Below, piece after piece: positions 1 to 13,572 of a stretch of DNA of 64,000 nt. Position numbers and translations under genes: made by a program. The stretch is from Mobula birostris. Its lineage: Eukaryota. The first letter of the stretch is position 1, and every line of letters starts with the position of its first letter. The notes beneath the pieces were generated by a model. That model was not told the origin of the DNA and did not search any database. It saw only the letters and a program-made list of their open reading frames with translations. The stretch lies in contig NC_092394.1 of NCBI RefSeq assembly GCF_030028105.1, positions 25,154,752 to 25,218,751 of the forward strand. Direction: 5' to 3'.

Positions 1-556
1 TCCACAACCAATGGACTCGCTTTCAAGGACTCCTCATATCATATTCTCGATATTTATTATTTATTCATCATATTGTTTCTTCTTTTTGCATTTGCACAGT
101 TTATTGTCTTCTGCACTCTGGTTGAACGCCCTAGTTGGGTGGTCTTTCACCGATTTGGTTATAGTTACTATTCTATAGATTTCTTGAGTATGCCCACAAG
201 AAAATAAATCTCAGAGTTGTATACGGTGACTTTGATAATAAAATTTACTTTGAACTTTGAATAAAGGAGTACAATAATGTATATGTACAACTAAATAACA
301 TGTACCATAAAACATTTCCAAGGGATATTATGTAGTTCAGAGAACAGAGTTATACAGCACAGAAAAAGACCCTTCGACCCAGCTGGTCCATGATGACCAA
401 AATACCCCATCAAAGCTTGACCCATTTGCCAGCATTTGGCTCATAATCCCCTAAACCTTTCCAATTAATGTATCTGTACAAGTGTTTTTTAAATTTGTTA
501 TTGTACCTACCTCAACTCCTTCCTTTGGCAGCTCACTCCACCCTTGTGTAAACAAA

Positions 557-1260
557 AAGCTCAAAGTAATTTTTATTATCAGAGTACATGTCACTACATA
601 CAACTTTGAGACTTATTCCTGTGGGCATAATCAGCAAATATGTAGAATTATAACTATAACAGGATCAATGAAAGATCAAGTCGAGTGCAGAAAACAACAC
701 TGAGCAAATGCAAATATAAATAAATAGCAATAAATAACGAGAACGTGTAATAACAAGATAAAGAGTCCTTAAGGTGAGATCATTGGTTATGGGAACATCT
801 CAATGGATGGGCAAGTGAATGTAGTTATCCCTAATTGTTCAACAGCCCGATAGTTGAGGGGTAGCAACTGTTCTTGAACCTGTTGTTGCGAGTCCTAAGG
901 CTCTCGTGCCTTCTAGCTGATGGCAGCGGTGAGCAAAGAGCATGGCCTGGGTGGTGAGGATGCTGCTTTCCTACAACAGTGTTTCATGTAAATGTGCTCA
1001 ACGGTTGGGAGGGTTTTACCCATGATGTACTGAGCCGAATCTACTATCCTTTTTAGGACTTTCTGTTCAAAGGCACTGGTGTTTCTATACAGTCAATACA
1101 CTCTCCACTACACATCCATAGAAGTTTGTCAAAGTTTTTGATGTCACGCTAAATCTCCACAGGCTCCTAAGGAAGTAAAGGTACTGTCATGCTTTCTTCT
1201 GAATTGCACTTACATGCTGGGTCCAGGCTAGGTCCTTTGAAATAGTAACACCTAGGAATT
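557..1260 (-). mobile_element. Rex1/Babar LINE 3' fragment nested in a CR1 remnant (~340-1600)
   Basis: Minus-strand HPGHALCSPLPSARRHESLRT..RFKNSCYPSTI Rex1-type C-terminus. Confidence 0.8.
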
Positions 1261-1729
1261 TCCTCTCGTTTCTATTAAATCTTTCCCCTCTCACTTTAAA
1301 ACTATACCCTCTAGGCTCAACCCTGGGAAAGACTTGTGATTTAGTGTACCTCCCTAAAAGTCACCTCTTCTCCAGGTCAATCCAAGTTCTCCCCATAACT
1401 CATCCCTCAAGTCCTGACAGCATCATTTTCTGCACTTTTCTAGTTTAATAGCATCATTCCTAGAGTAAGGCAACCAAAATTCCAAGTGTGGCTTCACCAG
1501 CATCCTGTACAACAGCACTGTGACCTCCCAGCTTTTGTACCCAATGCCCTGAATGATTAAGGCTAGCATGCACCACCGTGTCTATCTGTAACTTCACGTA
1601 GCATGTCACAGACTCAGAGTCATAGAGTACTACAAAACAGAAGTATGCCCTTCAGCCTATCTAGTCCACACCAATCCGATCTTCTGCCTAGTCCCATCTG
1701 CCTGCATTTTGACCATATCCCTCCAACCT

Positions 1730-2420
1730 CTCCAAACACATCTTTCCTTTCACTCCACTTTCTGCATTCTACAGGGATCATTCCCTATGTGACTCCCACG
1801 TCCACTCGTCCCTCCCCACTGATCTCCCTCCTGGCAAGCAGAACAAGTGCTACACTTACCCCTGCATCTCCTCCCTCACTACCATTCAGGGCCCCAAACA
1901 GTCCTTCCAGTTGAGGTGACACTTCACCCTGTGAGTCTGTTGGGATCATCTATTGTATCCGGTACTCCCGGTGTGGCCTCCTGCATATCGAGGTAGACTG
2001 GGACACCACTTCACTGAGCAGCTGCTCTCCATCTGCCAGAAAAAAAACGGGATCTCCCAGTGGCCACCCATTTTAGTTCCTTTTCCTATTCTGACATATC
2101 CATCCATGGCCTCCTCCACTGTCACGATGAGGGCACACTCAGGTTGGAGGAGCAACACCTTATACTCTGTTTGGGTAGCCTCCAAACTGATGGCATGAAC
2201 ATCGATTTCTCGAACTTCCCAGTAATGCACCCCCCTTTCTCTATTCCCCATCCCCTTTTCCCTCTCTTACCTTATCTCCTTGCCTGCCCTCTGGTGCTTC
2301 TCCCCTTCTCCTTTCTCCCATGACCTCCTGTCCCCTCATTACATTCTCCCTTCTCCAGTCCTGTATCTCTTTCACCAACTTCCTAGCTCTTTAATTCACC
2401 ACATCCCCCTCCCGAGTTTG
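1730..2420 (+). mobile_element. Penelope-like element, degraded GIY-YIG / 3' fragment
   Basis: HFSSFSYSDISIHGLLHCHDEGTLRLEEQHLILCLGSLQTDGMNIDFSNF matches the C-terminus of the 61946 ORF. Confidence 0.9.
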
Positions 2421-2760
2421 ACCAACCGTGTTGGAAGACAGTTATAAAGAACTTGGAAAGGGTAAATAGAACTGTGGCATTGTTGTGGTAAATAGATCTG
2501 TCCTGATGCACGGGAAGAAATGGAGAGGGATAAATTACCTATATCTGGAACTTCAACAAGTGAAGAGACGCTGAGATTTGAATCGATTAATAGCAGAGAA
2601 GCAAGCAATACTCCTCTGGTAGAGGGGTTCCTGGTGTCGGCGGACGGTGAAGCAAATCGGGGAATATCAGCAGTCAAAAATGGGAAAAAATGCTTCAACT
2701 TACAATGAAGATGTTTGTGGAGCCTCTGTGTTTACACGTCCGTATCCCCTAAACACTTAC

Positions 2761-2797
2761 TCCCTTCTGCCGAAACTCCACCGAGCACTGCAGCCAT
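2761..2797 (-). CDS. Probable first coding exon of an unidentified gene (MAAVLGGVSAEG, phase 1)
   Basis: ATT ATG G in strong Kozak context; GTAAGT donor at 2760; adjacent CpG-rich promoter-like DNA. Confidence 0.5.
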
Positions 2798-2935
2798 AAT
2801 CAGGGATTACAAGGCCCGGCCCAACCACATGGACCCGGCAGGCCCCAGCTACCTAACAACGCCGAACCCGCCCCAGCCGGAAGGGGAAGTCCCTTCGCAA
2901 GCCTCCGCCTTCAGTTTGTGGGTGGCTCAGCTCTT
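2798..2935 (-). promoter_or_regulatory. CpG-rich housekeeping-type promoter
   Basis: GC box CCCGCCCC at 2867-2874, ETS-type CCGGAAG at 2877-2883, elevated CpG. Confidence 0.55.
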
Positions 2936-3321
2936 GAACCTTTATTTAATCGGTTTAAATTAACAGTTCACGATAAACGGTAAAGGCCAGGTTTGGAGTC
3001 TGTGGATATTGAAGTGAGATTTAGTAATTTAAATCCAGAATTTGTCTCCTTTATTCAAAAGTCCCCAAACGCAGTTCCAGATTTTATGCTGTCCTTTGGA
3101 GATATCGTTGGTGTTTAGTGAGTTGGAATCAATGTGATGGGGGAAATCAAGGCTTTCTTCGTTTTATCCCCCCCCCCCAGCATACTTATTATCCATTAGA
3201 TTCCAGATATCATTTGCTATCTGGTTTCGTAGTAGATGGAAGAGTGAACCCTTTAGGTAGCCCTCCAACAGTTTTAAACAGTTGTGATTGGAAGCGTTGG
3301 TTTCTTTAGCTGCAAGAAGTA

Positions 3322-3512
3322 ATTACTAAAACCAATTATCCCTTCTGGGGAATAGGCCGTCAACAGCAACTCGCCAGTGTCGTCTGTCCCGGGCCAGTCA
3401 TTCAAGTTGCTATACGAAGATCCTTCCTCTCTAAGGGGTATCTTCGCAGCTTCTGTGCCTCTTATGTCTTTAAGGATGGGGCTGCTAACCCCATACCCAG
3501 CTCTCCTCATTT
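3322..3512 (-). mobile_element. Degraded non-autonomous RTE-derived element
   Basis: Minus frame QLE*LARDRRHWRVAVDGLFPRR resembles the RTE ORF C-terminus, fused to an RTE-like 5' segment. Confidence 0.6.
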
Positions 3513-4764
3513 CACGGCAGTTAAGAGGTGGCCAGCCTCATTTAAATCGGATTTTGAAACAAACTGGCAGCATCCATCCATTATTGAATTCTGAGAAAGC
3601 AAGGCAATTTGCGATGTGTATTGATCGGGTACGCTATCGCCTATAAGCTCCACCCCGTTTCCTGTAAATGAATAAACTACTGTAAGTGATAGCTTACGAA
3701 CTGTTGTACTCAGGTCTGTGGTCCCCAGGCCTGCCTGTAAGTATACATTGTTAATGGAGTATGCCTGACCTTCACTTACGTCAACAAGGGTTAGGACATC
3801 AGCAACTGGGAACATTCCTGTTGACTGTGGATTATAAAATCCTGCCAATGCTCATTAGCATTCATTTGAACTGATGATACAAGAGTTCCATCAAATCAAA
3901 CCTGTCCCCTACCCAGCAGAACCCAACGTCTTTTTTAATGCCACAGACACCTACCATTAACCAAGGGGTCTACGGACTCCTGATCCAACAGCCTCATGCT
4001 GCTTAGCTATATGCTAAGGACGGGTGAAGAAATAATTTTTTTCTAGAATGGTACAGCACATTACAGGCCCTTCGGCCCACAATGTTGTGCTGACCCTCAA
4101 ACTCTGCCTCCCATATAACTCCCCCACCTTAAATTTGCCTGGTTAGCTTGAACTAAGGGAAAACCTTCAGCCCCATATTGCAAGCATACATGGTAGAAAT
4201 ACTCTTCAAAATAGGTTTTTGGTTAGGGAGTCAGGAATGATTCAAACACATTGAAAACACCAGTTGTGCAGTCCAAATTATCGGGATGTTTTTTCAGCCT
4301 ACTTTTGGGTTTATACTGTGTCCTGCTCCAGTTACTGATAGGGAGGTTCCATGAGGGTAATAGCATCGAATGTCAGGATGGATAGCTGAATATTGATTGT
4401 GCTTGCGGTTCTTTCTGCAAGTATTTTGTTGTACTTATATCTCACCATACTTGCACACATGACAATGTTACACAATATGTGGCATGAACGCTACGTATTG
4501 AGATACAATGAGGTATCTACCTCTGCATATCAACAAATAGGTATAGGCTCTTGCTGCAACTCAATTAAGCAATTATTCCACACAGCAAGGTCCCTTTCCT
4601 CCGAGGACAAGTCATATTCAAACCACAAAAGGGCCATGTGTTTGAGACACAGGAATTTTGGACATAAATTACACATTTGCATTTTAATCAGCATCAGTTA
4701 TTGATACTCGCTTAGATCTCTGTACCAATGTAGTATGCCTTGAATGTTCCAAAGCAGATTTAAA

Positions 4765-5105
4765 ATTTCAAGTTGCCATTCCGAACCAATCCATTTGGCA
4801 CGTTCCCTGCACCAGTCTGAACCAATCCACTTAGCACCTCCTCCTTCCATGATCTTCTGTCCTATCCCAAGATTCCCCCATCTCCAGTCCTTTACTTCAC
4901 ACCCTCCCAGTTTCACCTAAACACATACCACCTTGCACTTCTTCCACTCCTCCCCCCAGCTTATTCTGACTTCTCCCCTTCCTTTCCCAGTCCTGATGAA
5001 GGGTCTCGGCCCACATCATCAACTAGTTACACTTTTCCAGAAATGCTGCTTGGCCTGCTGAGCACCTCCAAGTTTTGTGTGCGTTGCTTTGTATTTCCAG
5101 TCTTG
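4765..5105 (+). mobile_element. Penelope 3' end / pseudo-LTR with degenerate hammerhead motif (4989-5024)
   Basis: AGTC CTGATGA AGGGTCTCGGCCC followed by the shared terminal block. Confidence 0.8.
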
Positions 5106-5474
5106 GCTGATATTCTGTCTGTGACAATGGTCTTGTTAGCAAATGCAGGGCACCCTGTGCTGAAAGCCCCAATTGCAGTAAGCAAAATTAGAGGCCAGAT
5201 AGAACATAACAGTTGGAGGAGACAATAGCATTGATACCACCTCCTGCAAACATGTATCAAAAATAGTAGAAGTAATACAGAAGATGCAAGGTTAAAAGCT
5301 CAACTCAGGTTCAAACACATCCATACAGAAGACAAGAATTTTGAAGCCAATAGTTCATATAAATTTACTCCCATTCATGCACTAGCATGAAGTCTTCAAG
5401 GGTCAGTCATTCTGTTACAAACTGAAGACAAAAACAATGTAGATAACTGAAAATAATTCTTTCTCTTTAAATTT

Positions 5475-5480
5475 TTTATT
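5475..5480 (-). terminator. RPL23A polyadenylation signal AATAAA
   Basis: AATAAA ~33 nt after the stop codon, giving the short 3'UTR typical of ribosomal protein genes. Confidence 0.85.
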
Positions 5481-5512
5481 GCAATATTTATAGAGGTCTT
5501 CTTGTAAACAGA

Positions 5513-5527
5513 TCAGATGATGCCAAT
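5513..5527 (-). CDS. RPL23A: RPL23A coding exon 5 (IGII-stop)
   Basis: CAG|ATT GGC ATC ATC TGA; total CDS 468 nt = 155 aa + stop. Confidence 0.95.
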   Translation of the reverse strand: MGII

Positions 5528-6002
5528 CTGCAACAAAATAAAAGGATGCAAGTGAATGAAGAAACATAACATCAAGTTTACACAATACCGATGTATAAAA
5601 ACCATCATTAGAAAAACTAAATGACTTTATTCTGGTTCTTAGTACTTAAATAGCAAATACAAAGCATATCCTCAAACCCACCATTTTAAGAGACATCTAA
5701 AACCAGTGTACTAGTGCACAAGGAAAAATTATTCCAAAGAGAAAAAAAAAGTCCCCCTTTTTTTAGATCATGTTATTATGGGCAGCCATACGTGTTTGGG
5801 TATTGAACAGGTCAAAGTGATCCTGTTCCTATGACAGCCAGCAGTTGCTGTTAACCCCAAAACTAAGGTCTTTCATCTCCTTTTATTCATGGTGTCATAT
5901 TTTACCTATTGAGGCAAGCACTGGATATAGGAAATAACTTCAGGAAGATATGATCATACCAGCACATACAAGGCTTGCACAAATAGCAAATGGATATTAG
6001 AA

Positions 6003-7972
6003 AGGGGTATTGGAAACTTGGTTCGGAAAAAGAGAGGGATCTTCAATGAATATAGGCAGCTTGGAGTTAATGAGGTACTCGAGGAATATAAAGTATGTAA
6101 AAAGAATCTTAAGAAAGAAATTAGAAAAGCTAAAAGATACAAGGCTGCTTTGGCAATTAAGGTGAAAATAAATCCGAAGTGTTTGTACAGTTATGTTAGT
6201 GGCTAAAAGGATAGTGAGGGATAAAATTGGTCCCTTGGAGAATCAGAGTGGAGATATGTGCGGAGCCAAAAGAGATGGGGGAGATTTTGAACAATTTCTT
6301 TTCTTCGGTATTCACTAAGGAGGAGGATATTGTGTAAGGTAAACAAGAAGGGTATTTATGGAAAGTATGACAATTAAAGAGGAGGAAATACTGGTGCTTT
6401 TCAGGAATATAAAAGTGGTTAAGTCTCCGGGTCCGGACAAGATATTCCCTAGGACCTTGAGGGAAGTTAGAAATAGCAGGGGATCTGACAGAAATATTTC
6501 AGATGTCATTAGAAATGGGGATGGTGCCGGAGGATTGGCGTATTGCTCATGTGGTTCCATAGTTTAAAAAGGGTTCTAAGAGTAAACTGGCAATTATCGG
6601 CCTGTGAGTTTGACATCAGTGGTGGGTAAATTGATGGAAAGTATTCTTAGAGATGGTATATATAATTATCTGGATAGACAGGGTGGTCTGATTAGGAACA
6701 GTCAACATGGATTTGTGCGTGGAAGGTCATGTTTGACAAATCTTATTGAGTTTTTTGATGCAGTTACTAAGAAAGTTGACGAGGGTAAAGCGGTGGGTGT
6801 TGTCCATATGGACTTCAGTAAGGCCTTTAACAAGGTTCCACACGGAAGGTTAGTTAGGAAGGTTCAATAGTTAGGCATTAATATGGAAGTAGTAAAATGG
6901 ATTCAGCAGTGGCTGGATGGGAGATGCCAGAGAGTAGTGGTGGATAACTGTGTGTCAGATTGGAGGACGGTGTGTAGCGGTGTGCCTCAGGGATCTGTAC
7001 TGGGTCTAGTTTTGTTTGTCATATACATTAATGATCTGGTTGATGGGGTGGTAAATTGGATTAGTAAGAATGCAGACGATACTAAGATAGGTGGCGTTGT
7101 GGATGATGAGGTAGGTTTTCAAAACTTGCAGAGAGATTTAGGCCAGTTGGAAGAGTGGGCTGAAAGATGGCAGATGGGATTTTAATGCTGAAAAAAGTGA
7201 GGTGCTACATTTTGGTAGGACTAATCAAAATAGGACATACATGGTAAATGGTAGGGCATTGAAGAATGCTGTAGAACAGAGGGATCTAGGAATAATGGTG
7301 CATAGTTCCCTGAAGGTGGAATCTCATGTGGATAGGGTGGTGAAGAAAGCTTTTGGTATGCTGGCCTTTATTAATCAGAGCATTGAGTATAGGAGTTACG
7401 ATGTAATGTTGAAATTGTATAAGGCATTGGTAAGACCAAATTTGGAGTATTGTGTACAGTTCTGGTCACCGAATTATAGGAAAGATGTCAATAAAATTGA
7501 GAGTACAGAGGTGGTTTACTAAAATGTTGCCTGGGTTTCATCTAAGTTACAAAGAAAGGTTGAACAAGTTAGGTCTTTATTCTTTGGAGCACAGAAGGTT
7601 GAGGGGGGACTTGATAGAGGTGTTTAAAGTTATGAGGGGGATTGATAAGAGTTGATGTGGATAGGCTTTTTCCATTGAGAGTGGGGAAGATTCAAACAAG
7701 AGGACATGAGTTGAGAGTTAAAGGACAAAATTTTAGGGGTAACATGAGGGGGAACTTCTTTACTCAAAGAGTGGTAGCTGTGTGGAATGAGCTTCCAGCA
7801 GAAGTGGTTCTGTGTTGTCGTTTAAAGTTAAATTGGATAGATATATGGACAGGAAAGGAATGGAGGGTTACGGGTTGAGTGCAGGTCGGTGGGACTAGGT
7901 GAGAGCAAGAGTTCGGTACGGACTAGAAGGGCCAAGATGGCCTGTTTCCGTGCTGTAATTGTCATATGGTTA
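6003..7972 (+). mobile_element. CR1 LINE, 5'-truncated RT region, antisense in RPL23A intron 4
   Basis: YRPVSLTSVVGK, QHGF..GRSCLTNL, DFSKAF, GVPQGSVLG, ADDTK, LVRPNLEYCVQFWSP; frameshifted. Confidence 0.95.
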
Positions 7973-7995
7973 AATGAACAAGTAACACTGGATCA

Positions 7996-8253
<258 letters not shown>

Positions 8254-9792
8254 ATGACCAAAATCCATAATCATCACCTTAACAAAAGTACAAAGTTGTT
8301 GACCAAATTTATACCTTCACACTACTCTTCTAGTAGACCAATCTCTATCTTTATCACTTTATATGTCCACAAAAGCCACCTGCCGATGTCTTTAAAAACA
8401 CAAGTCCAATTTACTTTTAGAAGGCATATTCCTCTTTTACCCATACAGCCTGCAAAATCTCATCTGATAATTAAACCTCTATCCCCTTGTCCTCATATTA
8501 TAGCCTGGGGTGTTCAGGAGTTCAGAGTTCAACTCCAGCACCTTCTGTAAGGAGTCTGCACATCCTCCCCATGAATGTGTGGGTTTTTCTCCGGGTGCTT
8601 CAGCTTCCTCCCACAGTCCAAAGACGTATGAGTAGGTTAGTCACAGTAAATTATCTCATGATTAGGTTTCGATTAATTAGGGGTTAACTGGGTGGTATTG
8701 CTCTAAGGGCCAGTAGGACCTAGTCCATGCTGTAATGCTAAATAAAAATAAATGTTGGCAGTAATACTTCAGCTAATTGAGCTACCCCACAGCTTCAGCA
8801 ACCCAAGTTTAATTATAATCTGGGCACAATTTTTCTGTGACTGAGTAGGTTTCCTGGCAGTGCCAGATTCCTCCCACATCCCAAAGCATAATGAAAGGCT
8901 AATTTGCGACTGTAAATCATACATCATATACAGGCAAATGTTAAAATCAAGGCAACTGAGGAAAAAATGGGATTAGTGTACACAGGTGACTTACAGTTGG
9001 CATGTACTCAATGGGCCAAAGTACCCATTTCTGTCCTGTATTTAGTTCATAATCCAAGTACATATAGAGCTTCTTATAACTTAGCAAAGTTTGTCTTAAG
9101 CTTTAACATTAATCTAAATCAAAGCAATACTGATAGCAAATGGTAGAGCTGGATGACCAAAATTAAACAAAACATTGAGGACCATTCACCTTCCATATGA
9201 GGTAATTTGTCATGGATAAATATCCTACACCCCATGCTTCAATTTAGAGTACTACCACACAATTGTTTATAAGAATTTTCATTTGTAAAAGAAAAGTTAA
9301 GTTGTATTCCTTCTAAAATAGGCACATTTTTAAAGAACAATGTGCAAGTTTTGTCACATCCTGGACAATTTTTATTCCTCAAACAAAACCAATAAAAGTC
9401 AAAGGATCATTAAAATGCCACAGATCAGACTTTATTCAATTCTGGTAACTTCAATTCTCTCAGAAAACACAAGCCAAACATTTTCTCACAGCCAAATGTT
9501 TTAAGACATTTCCAATAAGGATATCCAGATACAACAAAACTTGAGGAATAAAGTGCTGCACACATTGCCAAACCAGCAACAAATTTAAGATTTAACAACT
9601 TGAAACATTTCCAACAATATGACATTAATATTTAAATGGTAAAGTTCAAAAAAAGTTCATTAAGTTATTAGGAAGTATCTCAATTTAGTTGAATGTAGAA
9701 AACCAAAGGGAATCTAAATATACAATTTCCCATCCCTTTTTATATTTTTGCTAGTACAGCTTTGCTAATGAATTGCAGCATTCAACCGCTCA

Positions 9793-10143
<351 letters not shown>

Positions 10144-10581
10144 AAATACCTTACCAGAATCTCAATAGTTTATTGAAGATGGGTTAATAGACGCACTTTT
10201 CTTTCCATCATCTCTTTAATTTAAGCATGACATCATACGGCACAGGTGCATTTTAATATGATATCCAAACCAGATAAAAGCACCTCATTTTAAACTGGAC
10301 CAACATCTCAGCTTTTTCCAAAGGCATGCAAGGCGAAAAGTTTAATGCAGTTCTATACAAGTTATCAAATCTTTATCATCAGTCTGTATCTGAAGAGCAG
10401 AACTATCTACCAAGCTCCCAATAAAGTTCCACCAACATGTTTCATACTATTTTACACATGGCTGAGTAAATATGAAGCCAGCCAGCTTTTCCAAAAATCT
10501 AGTTACACAGGAGTCTGCAGATGTAGGAAAAGGGAGCAAACAATTGCTGGAAGAATTCAGCAAGTCAAACCTAGATATATA

Positions 10582-11385
10582 CCTGGATGTGGAGGCTGAG
10601 TTAAGATGGCGCTAAACAGTGACATCTTTGGAAATAGCTCTATTTCCATCTTCTTTATTTTTCCCTTTCAGGGTTCTTTCAAAGACGCTGACCTCAAGTT
10701 ATACGCAGACTTCAGTTCTTTGTGGGAATGGGACCTGTTCTCAGGGTTTCAGAACTGGTCACTACTGGGCATGCCAAGCATTCGACCTGAGAGTCCCGCT
10801 CGTATTTCGAAGCATAAGATCTCGGCGCTCTCGAGACATGCCAATCCAGGGTCGGTGTCACAGCAGGACACTTGTGTGTCGTGGAGGGTGGGGGTAATCT
10901 TTCACTGTGGGCCCGAAGACCTGAGATCATTGCGATTTTCAGCACAGAGTTCATAAAAAGCCACAAAACAGACTCTTAACATCGTAAATCAGTGTGTTGT
11001 TGTTATGTCTCCCCACTCGCTGTGAAAATGAGGGACACCTCCCTCTCCCTTATTAGGGAGAGAGAGAACCTGTGGTTTGTCAAATGCAGGATGAAATGCG
11101 AAGTCTTTGGGGTAACTGCAAGTCTGTCTTTGCTATTGCCTAGCTCATGCTTGTACTAGGTGGTGGTACTGATGCTTGCTTTTTTTGGCCGGGGGGGGGG
11201 GGGGGGGAGAGGAGAGAGGAAGGGATTGTTGCCTGCTGCTGCTTATGCACTGGGGGGGGGGGGGGGGGAATGACTTTGGGGTTTAACTGTCATTCATTCT
11301 TCTGTTTTCGTGGATGTTTGCAAAGAAAAAACATTTCAGGATGTATAATATATACATTTCTCTGACATTAAATTGGACCTTTGAA
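10582..11385 (+). mobile_element. Non-autonomous retroposon with AAGATGGCG head, RPL23A intron 2
   Basis: AAGATGGCG start, poly-G runs, CTGACATTAAA..CTTTGAA tail; interrupts a Penelope terminus. Confidence 0.6.
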
Positions 11386-11699
11386 CCAGGTTGGGGTGGG
11401 AGGGAATAGAGAGGAAATTGTCAGTGATTCTGGTCCAGGTCTGCTGCAGCATTTTTTCCCTTTCCCAGGCACCAAAGAGGTACTCAATCTGCTGAGCACC
11501 TCAAATAGTTCGCTGTTTTACTCTTATTTGCCTGAAATTTATCCAGTTTTGATGATGTCATGACCTGAAATATTGGACTGCTGTTTCCAATTCATCAACT
11601 TTTGCATTAAGATCATTACAGCAGCTATTTTAGCTATACAGATGCAGAATCTTCTATTCATAATTTACAAAGTTCAAGGTAAATTTATTATCAAAATAA

Positions 11700-11970
11700 T
11701 AATGTGTCAGGGTCACATGAAGCGATGGGAGCATGTGGCAGATGGTCGTATGAGCAGCTGGTGCACATCACAAGTCCTGGTTATGTGACCACTGATGCCA
11801 GGCAGTCTCTGAAAAGTACTGATAATGGCTGGGGTCACCCATCTTGCAAAGACACTGCCTAGAAGATGGCAAAGGCAAACCACTTCAGCAGAAAATTTGC
11901 CCAAAACAATCATGGTCATGGAAAGACCATGATCACCCACATCATACAACATAGCACATAATGAATGAAC
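11700..11970 (+). mobile_element. SINE-like element with RTE/BovB-type tail, RPL23A intron 2
   Basis: GGCAAAGGCAAACCACTTC..TTGCCCAAAAC block resembles RTE-mobilised SINE tails. Confidence 0.55.
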
Positions 11971-12157
11971 ACATGTCATCATATGTAATGTTGACATGTA
12001 ATTGTTATATAATTATATGTTATATACAAGATTTTCACCACCTACCAGCTATAGCACATTACTATCCCGTGTTCAAATAGGGCTTTCACTCTGGCTTGCA
12101 GAGGAAATATAGAAAAGATGAAACTTTTTAAAGATTAGGGACAGTTCAAAGACATAC

Positions 12158-12338
12158 TTGTTCCTCCTGGGAGCACTCTTTCTGGGATACTTGGGCTGCC
12201 TTCTCAATCTGAGTGTCTTTGGTCTCCTGAAGGTAGGTGTTGTCCTAATTTTCTTCCGCCTGTGACTGTGAACACCTTTCAAAACAGCCTTCTTAGCCTT
12301 CAAGGCTTTAGATTTAGCTTCAGTCTTGGCAGGGACAG
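12158..12338 (-). CDS. RPL23A: RPL23A coding exon 2
   Basis: [61 protein letters not shown]; CAG acceptor, GTATGT donor; 181 nt. Confidence 0.98.
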
Positions 12339-12498
12339 CTGAGAGAAAACAATCAATTACATTTTCTGCATTTTGTACAAGATACTTCAGTAAAAACCAT
12401 ATTCCTTGCATTCTGATTAAATTAATGTACCAGCAATTGTTAAGTTTAGTCTAGTTATCTGGAAACATTCTACTACATTGTCCATGCTTGTAGGTCGA

Positions 12499-12569
12499 GG
12501 TGCATCAGTATAATATAGTCATAATCATATACTATCATGCTTTGATCGCTTAAAAACATCATTTGCACC
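12499..12569 (-). ncRNA. SNORD4: C/D box snoRNA, SNORD4-like (18S Um121 guide), RPL23A intron 1
   Basis: Terminal stem GGTGCA/TGCACC, C box ATGATGT, guide AGCGATCAAAG before D' ATGA, D box CTGA; RPL23A is the known host gene. Confidence 0.9.
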
Positions 12570-13572
12570 AAAACTTCCAAGATTCTAAACTTGTGACCAT
12601 TCGTGAATTTTCTTTCATGTCAGAATCATGCTTACTGTAATGACCATTTGAATGCATTGCCTAAAATTACCAACATTACTTACACTAACAAATTCAAAGT
12701 GAACCTGGATTACTAACAAACTGCAAAAGGAAATTCACCATCTTTCACTAAATTCCAATAAACAACAAGTTGATCATTCGCAGCAAGCCTTTAATTTATT
12801 TAAACTGGAAATAAAACCAGGATTTCTAACAATGATCAAACCCCAAGAAATTTTTTTAAGTTTTTGAAAATTCCAGGATTAACCGTTACAAATATTAATG
12901 TGCAAGCATTTCTCCATTAATTTCAAAAGTAGATGGTAGAAGTTCCACGTGACAGATCTGAGAAAGTCATTTAGATCTTTTTCTGTTACTTTTCAATGAA
13001 ACCTCTCCAGACTACATTAAAATTTCAAAGAAACTACCATTCATACTGCAGAACTATACAAGATATATAAAAGGAATAATGTTAATCCTGTTACAAAGGA
13101 GGCTCCAAAACCCAGGTATTTTACTAGGCGCAAAATCAGGACGAACTTGTCCATCCAAGTGAAATGGTCCCTCTGGGGTAAAGGCGTCGGTGTGGACGCC
13201 GAGGATGTTTCCGGGCCAGATCACGATATTCAGCTGCAATTCGCAATGACCCTTCCACAACACACACAAAAGCAACGGCGAGGCCTGAAAGGCCACTAGC
13301 TGCTGGTCTAGATTCCCGCCCCAGAGCCCGACTCCCTACAGAGGGTTCCTCCACCTTCAACACCCCATGCTGCAGAGCTCGAAGGCGCCTAGTCTACAGC
13401 CCGGGCTTCAGGCCCCTGTACCACGTTGCCAAGCGGCTACTAGCGTGCCGCGGAGCAAATTACCAGCGGCAGGCTAAACCAAAAGCCCTCCCCGACCAGC
13501 GTGACTCTACAGGGCGACAGAAGTAGGCGCCGCTGCTGAGCACTAGGCTGGACACGGTCGCACGGTGCTCAC

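Noticed and set aside
3274-3848. Adjacent minus-strand ORFs (113 and 78 aa) as a novel gene or endogenous viral element
   Set aside because: No recognisable domain; part overlaps a decayed RTE-derived repeat read in another frame
10200-10250. Extra snoRNA suggested by C-box-like ATGATGG/ATGATGT on the minus strand
   Set aside because: No properly placed D box, guide or terminal stem
11190-11270. Poly-G runs as a functional G-quadruplex
   Set aside because: They lie inside a transposon, and homopolymer length is assembly-sensitive
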